From the IMG/VR virus record IMGVR_UViG_3300025853_000059: a DNA stretch of 64,000 nt; one strand, given 5' to 3'. The stretch is from an uncultured virus (IMG/VR IMGVR_UViG_3300025853_000059). Its lineage: Duplodnaviria > Heunggongvirae > Uroviricota > Caudoviricetes. Both the position numbers and the translations under genes were made by a program. Positions within the stretch are counted from its first letter, which is position 1. The number at the start of each line of letters is the position of its first letter. Under the pieces are notes generated by a model. The model did not search any database. It was given only the letters and a program-made list of their open reading frames with translations, and was not told the DNA's origin. Positions 55,102 through 64,000 of the stretch are shown one piece after another.

Positions 55102-58100
55102 TTAAGTTGAGGACGTTTGTTCAACATCTAATGTATCTAAAAATAGATTTCTAGATTTAAGTTGAGTAATGATTGTTTGAACATTTCGTTTTTGTACCGC
55201 TGATAAATCATTGGGTATTAAATATCCTTGTCCTGAAGGGGTTTTAATTCCTAAAGAACCAGATGGAGGTGATTGGAAAATCACTGCTCTATCATCAGCA
55301 TTTACTCTTCTTCTAATAGTAAAATTAAATACTTCCCCAGCAGGAATATTAAATGTTGAAGGGTCAGGTGTTACATTAATAGTATTCCAAATAGAACTAT
55401 GAAAAACATCATGATTGTAGATTGGATTATAAGTTGAAATATTATAATCATCACCATATGCTGCGGATAATGCTGATGCTGAGGTACGGACATCAGTTAC
55501 TATAAAATCTTGAGTTTCAAATAATGCTCTTGTAGCTGTGGTTTGATTCCATGTAACTCTAATTTCATCACCTTTTTTAATAATAAATGGTAAATCAAAA
55601 TCTTCGTAAGTATCTACACCTGAAGCTGAGATTGGAGCAAACCTAATATAATTACTTGGAAGATTTGGATTTAATTTTTTATAAGGTAATGATCCAGATC
55701 TAGGCATCCCTAATCTTCCGACAGCAGTAGAACCTGTGTTTGCTACTAATTGAAGTGAATTAGAAATAGCTATATTCAGGGTGTGAACTAAACCTAACCC
55801 AGGACCTCTTTGTTGAACTCTTATCCCGGAAGTTGGTTCGTAAGAAGAACTAATTAATAAACCACCACCTTGAAGAAGGAAATGACCACTTCCTGTTTCT
55901 AAGAAATAATCTCTACCCTCATTACCACCCGAGAGGAGTTGTAAGTTAACATATGGGGAAGTTGTGTAGCTAGTACCATACCTCATTTCACCCCAACTAG
56001 AGGAAATAAATGAACAAGTATCTTTAAATTCAACCTCAGAAATTTCGTTGGTAAGTACAGCATTATATTCAAGACCACCTTGTAAAATTTCAGAAGATCC
56101 TACTGTTAAAGATGAGTAGTCAATACCATTAAAAATATTTTTATCATATGCTACAATAGCATTTCTCCCTTTTTCAAATATAGAAGATACTTCATCTAAT
56201 CTTTCATTTGAACCATCTAATTTATATACTTTAGGAACAATATTAGTTCCTGAGATATCATTAGAAGGTACTTGAATTAAGGCATCTAATCTAAAAGTAT
56301 AAGAATCCCAAAGTTCGTAATTTTCTTTTGAATTTTTAAAATGGGCAAAATAAATAGGATGTTTGTCAACAGCTGCAACTTTACCAAATTTACCACCAGT
56401 GGTATCACCACCCCAACTTCCAGATCCCCCCGAAAGGAAATTTACACTTGAAGTAGAAGGGGTATAGAAGTTATAATCAGCACTTGCTACCTCACACCCA
56501 TCATATCTAGGATTAATAATTCTGCGCATAGTGTAATTACTATCAGGTACTTCAGCTGGAGTGGCTGAACCTGAGATAACTGCTATACGGTTAGTAGCTG
56601 TAGTAGCATTTGTAGAATAATCTACATCGTATATAAATGAATTGTTTCTATTTTCGTTGTAGTTATTAGGAGTAGCATAATAAACCGAATTTTCAAAATT
56701 AACTCCTAAAGAAGAAATATAAGGATCAAAACTTACTAATGAAGTTTCATCACCAACTCTAGAATTATTCCTACTAGTGTTAAGTAAATTATACTTGTAT
56801 AAGAAAGAGTTATTAGTTGAGCTGTAGGTTTTTGATAAAACTGGGATATAGTCTGAGTTTATAATAAAGCTATTTAACCCAGTACCATCTACAAAAGAAG
56901 TTCCAGAAGCAGAAAGTGCAAATTCAATTTGTGAGCCACTATAATTTAAAGTAGAAGTATTGTCGTTATTATTAACATCAACAGCATTTAAACATAACCC
57001 AAAAGGTTTCCATCTGTTTAATTCGCTACCTGTATGGTAATAATTAGCAGGAGCATAATAAACAATACCTTCACTAACAGAAGCACTATTTTTAATAGCA
57101 TACCCTAAAGAACTAGTAGCTCCTAGTCCACTACCTCCAAAAGTAAGTACAGCTGTACTAAAATATTTTAAATATGAAGAATATGCTCCTTCAGATAATG
57201 CAAACGTAGGATCTGTTCCAAGAATCCATCTTGAAGAACCTTGATCACCAGGGGTATCAAGATATTCTCCATCTCCTGTATAGTAAAATCTATAACCATA
57301 CCCTGAAGAGGCGGCTAAATCATCTTGTTGTTTAATTTTTAAACCTTGAAGAACAATATCTGTAAGTGGAATTCCTGATGATTCTGTATCAGTATCTACA
57401 CTACCTGCTGATATAGCACCATTGATATCAAAACGAACCATTGGAGCACTGTCCCAAGTAACTTGGTTAGCCCAATAATATGATTCACTTGGGTAAATAT
57501 TTCCTTCAGTCCCAACCTCATACCACCCACCTCCTATAACAGTGTTAGCTCCATCACTATCTAATAAAGCTATAGCTACTACTTCATAATAATTTTGAGG
57601 GGTAGAAACACCATTAGCTGATTGGGTTATCCAAATTGCTGAACCTGTACCAGATCCTGGGTTGTAGGGACGAACTGTTGTTTCAAAAGTATCAATAACA
57701 GAATCCCAAAACTTTACATCAATTTTAGTATTACCATAATCTAAAATAGGACCATATTCACCTACCAAGAAATTATATGTAGTTTCAGTAGTTGAAGGTT
57801 TAGTAAATGGATTATTAAATAATGATTGGGTTGTTGCTGCAAATTCACTACCACTATATTCACCATCAAAGAATTCAGATTCATTATGATTGGTAAATTC
57901 AGTTAATCCAGTAACATTAACATTACTATCAGGATATGCTTGACCACCCCAATTAGTTGAAGCATTATTATCAAATTGAGCTGTTAATCTTCTTACTACA
58001 GTGTTTGCATCTGAGGTTAAGGTGAAATAGTATGTTTTTTTAGATTTAAAAGTTATATCTCTAAACCCATAATCAACAGTAGTACCTAAAGGTAAATAAC

Positions 58101-61100
58101 GAGTTTGAGTAGCAATTACTCCAGTACCTACTTCATTTAAAGCTACTTCAACATTAGCTACGACACTACCTGAACCGGCATTTAAGTTTCTAACAGCAAA
58201 TAATATATTTCCTGTATAATCATTAGTAGTATAGTTTGTAAATTCACCATCAGTATTTGTAAACCCATTACCCAAATCAATTAATGAAGAAGATACATCT
58301 AGGAAAGTGTCTTCTCTAGTGTCAATCCAGCTATAGGTAGGATTTGTAAATATTCTAGTGGCACTACCTGAGTTTAAAGTGTATGGGCTAGAAGGATCAT
58401 TATCTTGAAGTCTAAAATATCCGGCAGGAACATTATATTGATTTGCTGATCCTCCAGCACCACCACTAAATGAGCCAACTGAAATGCTTGAAGTTAATTC
58501 AAGGTTTTCATAGTTGATTGGATTGTTATAAGTAATGTTCGCTCCTGAACCTGAAGCATAACGAGCTACTGTAGTAGTTTCGTTTAATGTAGGTAATGGG
58601 TATCTATTTCTTTCAAGTAAATGTTGTTTAATTACAATACCTGTAGAAACATTTGTACGAGCAGGAACATACGATTTAATTGCTTTAAAGATTGAATCAT
58701 CATAATATTTGATTAATCTTAAATAATCATAAACATTACCTTTTGTATATTTTTGGAAATAGTATTCAGCTGTTCTTCTTAATTGAGGATAGTAATCAAC
58801 CGATTCTGAAAGGAATCTAGGATCAGCTAAACTGTCAGCTACCACACCAAAACCAAATGTTTGAATAATATCATCATTTACCTCATCTTGAGGTGAGAAT
58901 GCTACTTCTAAACTGTTAATATCTTCTGTATAACTTCTACTGATTTGGTAGTCTTGTTGGATACTAATTTGGTTTGAAAGGATAGTACCGTAATCACTTC
59001 CATCAGCAACTTGAATTTTATTAGAAATTCTATTACGTAAACCAACTGCAGGTTGATCTAAGAAATATACCTCAGTATTAGTTTTACTAAATGTTCTTAG
59101 TGTACTATTTTCATAGTAAATAATGTCATAATTACTTGATGATACTTGAGTACCTGGGTTGTAGAATGATTCTGTAACTAAAATAGCAGCAGCACCTGTA
59201 ATAGCAGGGTGCATAGATGTCATTGATTCAGTATATGAAGAACTTAATGAACTAGTAAATAAACTTTCTAATTCATTTCCTAATGGTGCTCTAAAGTTTA
59301 CAATATCAAATGAACTTAATGAACCTGTAAGGTTAATACCTTCAATAGATTCTGGGTTCATTACAAAATCATTAAATATACTTTCACTTATAGCATAAGC
59401 ATAATATCTAAATTCTTGAAGTGAACCTGAGATAATTTTACCTGATTCATTTAATGTAACTCCTCCTACTTGTGAACCTGAAATAAAACCACCTAAATAA
59501 ACACCATCAGCAGACCCGGTTCCATATTTGTTCCAGGCATCATTTATAGATTCTGAGATATTTGAAGTAATACTAGCAGATCCTTCAAATCCTATAGTAT
59601 TACCATCAAATCCATTATAGATTTTATTTTTAGCATATAAGGTATAAGTTGTAGCATTATTGTTATCACTCGCACTTACATGCTGGTTTCTTTGGAGCAT
59701 TACGGACCACCACCCCTTATTAAAGAATGGTAAATAGATGTCGTTAGACACAGCTACACCACCGTCTGCGCTTGAACCAGACATATAGAATCTCATTAGA
59801 CCCCAATCGTTATACTCATTAGTATATGAACCCGAATATGAACCAGAGGTAGATCCTGTATAGAATAAAGCAATACCAAAGTCAAAATCTGTTGAAGTAT
59901 CGTCTCCATCAGACTTTTTAACTAATAAAGATTGAGTAAAAAATTCCCCACCGAATGATGATGATGGATACCCTGTTGTTTTAAATCTAAATTGAATACT
60001 ATCAGGTACTATTTCTTCACTTGAAGATATATAGTTTCTATATAAAGGCATCCAAGGGAATACAACAGAAGCACTAGGCATATGTTGGGTAGAAATTGGA
60101 GAGAATTCATAACTATATCTGTTGTACCATAAATCATAGTCATCAGAATTATCTTTATTTTTACCACCAAATTCATTAATGCGAAGAATAGTATTTGGAA
60201 TACCCCAAATATTGATAAGTTGTCTTAAACCAGAAATCGTACCTTTTTTCTTAACAAGGTAAGACATATTGTGGTAAAGACGTTTAAAAATTTCTTTACT
60301 TACAGAATCAATAGGATAAGGATAACCTGGGTCTAAAAGCTGTTGAACATAATCAGCATATGAATAATCAAGTACCCAGTAATTAACTATAGATCCATTA
60401 TTAACAGCAATATAATTAGTAATTAACTCACTACCAGTTGGAGGAACATAAACACCATTATTTTCACCTGTTAATCCTATATAATTTCCTTCGTTATTGT
60501 AATTATTTCCAAACCCTTGATATCCTAAAGATTTGACTGCCTCTTCAGCTAACTTTAAAGGAATACCTTTTTCAAGTTCACTAGTAGTGTTTATTCTTTG
60601 AGAAACAGCTTTAGTGTAAAGCCAAATTTCATCAAAGTGTTGACCAACCATATTTGAAAACTCAATATATTGGTTGTTATCACTATTATCCCTAATAAAT
60701 TCTGGGATTGTATAATATAGCCAGTTTTGATTATTATTATCATATAAAGAGGCAGATAATAAAATACCTCCATAATATTGAGAACCTTCAATATCACTAC
60801 CCAACCATACAGAAACACTTACATCTGTAGTAGGAAGAGGAGTATATGGGAATGAAGAACCGGTTTTAGGATAAGATAATGATGAAGTATTATAGTATAA
60901 GTAATATTCATATCCATCAAAATTCTTAATAATATCTTCAACTTTAGAATATGCTGAGGCAATACTTGAAGATACTTGGAATGATGCTGAAGTTGAACCT
61001 GTAATAGTTGCTAAAGCATCAAGATCAGCTTCATATGCTTGGATTTGTTCTAATTTCTCAACAAAGTTTTCAATTCTTTTCTTTGCAGATGAAAAATTAA

Positions 61101-61998
61101 CAAACTCATTAAATGTATTGTATGAATAGTTAGGTGTGATTTTTACACCTTTTTGATTTAATACATTAAGTAAATTATCTTTAGAACCTGAGGATGTAGT
61201 ACTTAATAATTCAGATTTTGATTTTAATTCTGTTGAATTGTTAACAAAATCTTTAATTTCTAAATTAACATTAGGCCCCTGAATATATTTTAAATTTGAA
61301 GAAACATTAACATTATTAGGAAACACCACTTGGAAAGTTGATGTTTCAGCTACTTTAGTTACTACATACAATTCATCTTTTAATCCAAAAGATTCAGGAA
61401 GTGGTTCGTAAAGCTTTACTAAAATAGAATATTCTTCAGGCCCTGTAGTGTCAAGTAAAATATTAACACCAATTATTAAATCATTATTACCAAAATTAAG
61501 GTAAAATTCATCAAAATATTTTGGATCATCTAATTTTTGAGTAAGATCTTGGAATCCTTTTACAATTTCTTCCCCAGTAATAAAATTAGTTTCTAATCTT
61601 AATTCAGTTCTATCTGAGGAGATTTCCGAAATATAATATTGTTTATCTTCAGAAGATGCTAATTCGTTATTAACGAAATTATATACAGTATAAAGTTGTC
61701 CTGTTGAATAACCAAAACTTGATAAGTTAGCTACAGGATCTAAAGATAATTCATTTACAAGAGATATATTTTCTCCAGTAGAAGATTTATTTGAGATATA
61801 CCACCCATCAAAATTAGAACTACCTTCTAAGAAATTTAAACTAAGATCATAAATCCAAAATTCAACTCTATTTAAATTAGGATCAAAATATGAATCTATG
61901 ACTTCACTAGGAACTACAGATTCATCCAACTCATATCCATTTGGAAAAAGATCGCTAGGGGTAACGGGGATTATAGATGCTGTAACTTCAGACGCCAT
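55102..61998 (-). CDS. Large baseplate/wedge protein (2298 aa) with LamG-like region
   Basis: KKKGTISGLRQLINIWGIP and IKSYVPAR wedge-like motifs; GSLQEFRYY LamG-like; ATATTTATA at 62004-62012. Confidence 0.65.
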   Translation of the reverse strand: MASEVTASIIPVTPSDLFPNGYELDESVVPSEVIDSYFDPNLNRVEFWIYDLSLNFLEGSSNFDGWYISNKSSTGENISLVNELSLDPVANLSSFGYSTGQLYTVYNFVNNELASSEDKQYYISEISSDRTELRLETNFITGEEIVKGFQDLTQKLDDPKYFDEFYLNFGNNDLIIGVNILLDTTGPEEYSILVKLYEPLPESFGLKDELYVVTKVAETSTFQVVFPNNVNVSSNLKYIQGPNVNLEIKDFVNNSTELKSKSELLSTTSSGSKDNLLNVLNQKGVKITPNYSYNTFNEFVNFSSAKKRIENFVEKLEQIQAYEADLDALATITGSTSASFQVSSSIASAYSKVEDIIKNFDGYEYYLYYNTSSLSYPKTGSSFPYTPLPTTDVSVSVWLGSDIEGSQYYGGILLSASLYDNNNQNWLYYTIPEFIRDNSDNNQYIEFSNMVGQHFDEIWLYTKAVSQRINTTSELEKGIPLKLAEEAVKSLGYQGFGNNYNNEGNYIGLTGENNGVYVPPTGSELITNYIAVNNGSIVNYWVLDYSYADYVQQLLDPGYPYPIDSVSKEIFKRLYHNMSYLVKKKGTISGLRQLINIWGIPNTILRINEFGGKNKDNSDDYDLWYNRYSYEFSPISTQHMPSASVVFPWMPLYRNYISSSEEIVPDSIQFRFKTTGYPSSSFGGEFFTQSLLVKKSDGDDTSTDFDFGIALFYTGSTSGSYSGSYTNEYNDWGLMRFYMSGSSADGGVAVSNDIYLPFFNKGWWSVMLQRNQHVSASDNNNATTYTLYAKNKIYNGFDGNTIGFEGSASITSNISESINDAWNKYGTGSADGVYLGGFISGSQVGGVTLNESGKIISGSLQEFRYYAYAISESIFNDFVMNPESIEGINLTGSLSSFDIVNFRAPLGNELESLFTSSLSSSYTESMTSMHPAITGAAAILVTESFYNPGTQVSSSNYDIIYYENSTLRTFSKTNTEVYFLDQPAVGLRNRISNKIQVADGSDYGTILSNQISIQQDYQISRSYTEDINSLEVAFSPQDEVNDDIIQTFGFGVVADSLADPRFLSESVDYYPQLRRTAEYYFQKYTKGNVYDYLRLIKYYDDSIFKAIKSYVPARTNVSTGIVIKQHLLERNRYPLPTLNETTTVARYASGSGANITYNNPINYENLELTSSISVGSFSGGAGGSANQYNVPAGYFRLQDNDPSSPYTLNSGSATRIFTNPTYSWIDTREDTFLDVSSSLIDLGNGFTNTDGEFTNYTTNDYTGNILFAVRNLNAGSGSVVANVEVALNEVGTGVIATQTRYLPLGTTVDYGFRDITFKSKKTYYFTLTSDANTVVRRLTAQFDNNASTNWGGQAYPDSNVNVTGLTEFTNHNESEFFDGEYSGSEFAATTQSLFNNPFTKPSTTETTYNFLVGEYGPILDYGNTKIDVKFWDSVIDTFETTVRPYNPGSGTGSAIWITQSANGVSTPQNYYEVVAIALLDSDGANTVIGGGWYEVGTEGNIYPSESYYWANQVTWDSAPMVRFDINGAISAGSVDTDTESSGIPLTDIVLQGLKIKQQDDLAASSGYGYRFYYTGDGEYLDTPGDQGSSRWILGTDPTFALSEGAYSSYLKYFSTAVLTFGGSGLGATSSLGYAIKNSASVSEGIVYYAPANYYHTGSELNRWKPFGLCLNAVDVNNNDNTSTLNYSGSQIEFALSASGTSFVDGTGLNSFIINSDYIPVLSKTYSSTNNSFLYKYNLLNTSRNNSRVGDETSLVSFDPYISSLGVNFENSVYYATPNNYNENRNNSFIYDVDYSTNATTATNRIAVISGSATPAEVPDSNYTMRRIINPRYDGCEVASADYNFYTPSTSSVNFLSGGSGSWGGDTTGGKFGKVAAVDKHPIYFAHFKNSKENYELWDSYTFRLDALIQVPSNDISGTNIVPKVYKLDGSNERLDEVSSIFEKGRNAIVAYDKNIFNGIDYSSLTVGSSEILQGGLEYNAVLTNEISEVEFKDTCSFISSSWGEMRYGTSYTTSPYVNLQLLSGGNEGRDYFLETGSGHFLLQGGGLLISSSYEPTSGIRVQQRGPGLGLVHTLNIAISNSLQLVANTGSTAVGRLGMPRSGSLPYKKLNPNLPSNYIRFAPISASGVDTYEDFDLPFIIKKGDEIRVTWNQTTATRALFETQDFIVTDVRTSASALSAAYGDDYNISTYNPIYNHDVFHSSIWNTINVTPDPSTFNIPAGEVFNFTIRRRVNADDRAVIFQSPPSGSLGIKTPSGQGYLIPNDLSAVQKRNVQTIITQLKSRNLFLDTLDVEQTSST

Positions 61999-62036
61999 TT
62001 ATTTATAAATATATTTTAGTATAAAAATTAGAAAAA

Positions 62037-62540
62037 CTATTCAGCACCATCTTTAAAATCTTGGACTGATTGAATAGTTTGAACTAATTCCTGTCTTAAT
62101 TCTAAGTTTTCTTCTCTTAAGTCCGTAATTTCTTCAAGTAAAGCTTCAATCTCTTCTTGATTTGGGTTAAAATTAACAAATTCACTACTTTCAGTAATTA
62201 AGAAAGTGTGAGAATTAGTATCACCCTCTTTAGGAATTTCGTAAAAAAACTTGTCGTATAACGTAAAAAAGTCTTCTATTGTAGCCAAGTTAATATCAAA
62301 AAAACTAGGATCTTGTGTAGATACTAATTGAGTAAATCCAGTTTTTACTGATTTATTAAAATCATCTTTATTAAATACTTGCCTGCTTAAACTTACATTA
62401 GCTCCTTCTCCGGTTGGGTTTACTCTTAACTTCATACTAGAAGTAGTAGGAGTAGTTGTTGGTTGAGGGGTAATTTGAGCCTTATTTTTTAAGCTTGAAG
62501 GATCTATTGGGGTTGGGGATTGTAAATCTGTCGCAGCCAT
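62037..62540 (-). CDS. Baseplate-region protein with C-terminal coiled coil
   Basis: FFTLYDKFFYEIP; LLEEITDLREENLEL. Confidence 0.6.
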   Translation of the reverse strand: MAATDLQSPTPIDPSSLKNKAQITPQPTTTPTTSSMKLRVNPTGEGANVSLSRQVFNKDDFNKSVKTGFTQLVSTQDPSFFDINLATIEDFFTLYDKFFYEIPKEGDTNSHTFLITESSEFVNFNPNQEEIEALLEEITDLREENLELRQELVQTIQSVQDFKDGAE

Positions 62541-62542
62541 AA

Positions 62543-63586
62543 TTATCCTTTTTCAACTTTAAACATAATATTTTCGTCCCATACTTTAGTAACCCCACCT
62601 ACTACAGTTTTAACTAATACTGTGTAGTATCTTTCAGGTTCTAAACCATTCATATACACATCAAAATAACTTGAGGTAGCATCAGCACTAATACGAGTAT
62701 AAGTAGAATCAAAATCAACTACAAATTCATTTGTTGCACTATCCTTAATAGCATATAATGATTGAGATTCAGGAAGATAATAGTTTTCAGTATAATAAGA
62801 AGCTGTAATAAATTGTCTATCTGGGTATTTTGGGATAGCTGCTAATCTAAATCGTGGAACACTTTCAGAATAATAAACACCTGCATTATTATAAATTGAA
62901 ATAAATGCTTCAGGAGTACTTAATACAGCATTAGAACCGGTATTCCAAATAGAATCATTCCATCTAAATTCTAAACAAGGAGGATAAATAGTGTTAGTGT
63001 CAATTGAAAAATATTTAAAAATAGGTTGATTAGTAGTACTAGTACTATCTTCAACACTACTTGAAAGTTTTACTAAAAATCCATCATTATCAGACCCACT
63101 ATACCAACTTTCAACTGTGGTAGATACATTAACATTAATATCTATTGGGTTAGAATATGAAAATGATTGTGAATATTCTGGAGAAGCATTATAATCACCC
63201 CCAGCAGAAATCCAAGCTACTGAGCCAGAATAATCTTTCCAAACCCAACTAGTTCCATTAACTACATCAGGTGAATCTGAATATCTTCCAGTACCCATAC
63301 CCCAACTCCCAGATACTGTGAAAAAATGAAGATTAGTATTAATAGCTAATCCTGAAACATTAGCATTAAAATTTCTTAAGTAAGATGTCCAACTTCCAGT
63401 TACTTTATTATCAATAACGTCTTGAATTTCATCTGTAGAAAATTGAATTAGGTATCTGCTATTGTATCTATCTCCCAAATAATAATAAGAAGATACCTCT
63501 AAAATCTGGTCTAATCCAGTATTTTTACTAGGGTATTGCTCATATAATGTAGCATCTTGAGTTGGGAAAATTTTATATACTGCCAT
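62543..63586 (-). CDS. Structural protein, DNRLRE-like beta-sandwich
   Basis: DATLYEQYPSKNTG...RYLIQF...W...GGDY...NDGFLVK...PCLE. Confidence 0.55.
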   Translation of the reverse strand: MAVYKIFPTQDATLYEQYPSKNTGLDQILEVSSYYYLGDRYNSRYLIQFSTDEIQDVIDNKVTGSWTSYLRNFNANVSGLAINTNLHFFTVSGSWGMGTGRYSDSPDVVNGTSWVWKDYSGSVAWISAGGDYNASPEYSQSFSYSNPIDINVNVSTTVESWYSGSDNDGFLVKLSSSVEDSTSTTNQPIFKYFSIDTNTIYPPCLEFRWNDSIWNTGSNAVLSTPEAFISIYNNAGVYYSESVPRFRLAAIPKYPDRQFITASYYTENYYLPESQSLYAIKDSATNEFVVDFDSTYTRISADATSSYFDVYMNGLEPERYYTVLVKTVVGGVTKVWDENIMFKVEKG

Positions 63587-63595
63587 ATCTTTTTA

Positions 63596-64000
63596 TTATA
63601 GTGGTACTACTCTACCTTTAATATCTGTATTAGGGTATTTAACTTCAAAAATCATAGGATCAAGTGAAGGGTAAACTACTTCATTTAAAGTAGCTCCAAC
63701 AACATCATAGGCATATTCACTATACCCTAAAGCAGTTTCATTTAAATTTGAAATAGATACATTTTTAACGGTTTGAACACCTTCTACTTTATCTAAAAGA
63801 ATATATAAATCTTTTAACATAATAGGTTCATTAATCTGCCACTTATCTATGTTAAAATAATCTGTTAAAGCATCAATACATTTTGTTAATACTTCATTAT
63901 TATTATAATTAGGTAAAACTATAATATCAAAATTAATTCCTATATTAATAACAAAAGCATCTTTAATTTTAATAGAATCATTAATCATCCTGTATTCAGA
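63596..64000 (-). CDS. Baseplate wedge protein (gp6/J-like), C-terminal part; starts beyond window
   Basis: Frame open to window end (SEYRMINDSI...); KVEGVQTV, IFEVKYPNTDIKGRV. Confidence 0.7.
   Translation of the reverse strand, partial: SEYRMINDSIKIKDAFVINIGINFDIIVLPNYNNNEVLTKCIDALTDYFNIDKWQINEPIMLKDLYILLDKVEGVQTVKNVSISNLNETALGYSEYAYDVVGATLNEVVYPSLDPMIFEVKYPNTDIKGRVVPL

Noticed and set aside
18543..60818. Short plus-strand and nested ORFs (e.g. 21373..21783, 23116..23514, 42324..42557)
   Set aside because: Antisense or frame shadows of well-supported minus-strand genes
1..64000. Stop-codon reassignment
   Set aside because: Core genes are full length and densely packed under the standard code

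Overview
AT-rich 64 kb segment of a large T4-like (myovirus-type, probably jumbo) phage. All credible genes are on the minus strand. Read from the right end the order is: baseplate/tail genes; GIY-YIG, primase and exonuclease genes; a ~20 kb block of acidic, modular, probably head-internal proteins; a small enzyme operon; terminase, portal, core proteins, prohead protease, scaffold and major capsid; an amidinotransferase / pyruvoyl-decarboxylase / PhoH cassette; neck genes; a 3938-aa Gly-X-Y fibre with a peptidase-S74 chaperone; a LamG protein; and a GT-B glycosyltransferase cut by the window edge. Promoter shape (TTTG-N19/20-TATATT), A-rich leaders without Shine-Dalgarno sequences and an Hc1-like gene suggest a Bacteroidota host (inference). 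Most interesting candidates: (1) a capsid-cargo system of leader-tagged polyproteins punctuated by prohead-protease-type (L/I/V)-x-E sites, with exact DNA repeats at module junctions; (2) possible virion-wide glycosylation at [ST]-[GAS]-S motifs linked to the giant Ser/Thr fibre and the glycosyltransferase; (3) a coupled pentein + soluble PSD-like decarboxylase pair; (4) a pseudoknot RNA before a terminator. All family calls come from motif recognition by eye; no searches were run. No tRNA, rRNA, CRISPR array or transposase was seen.
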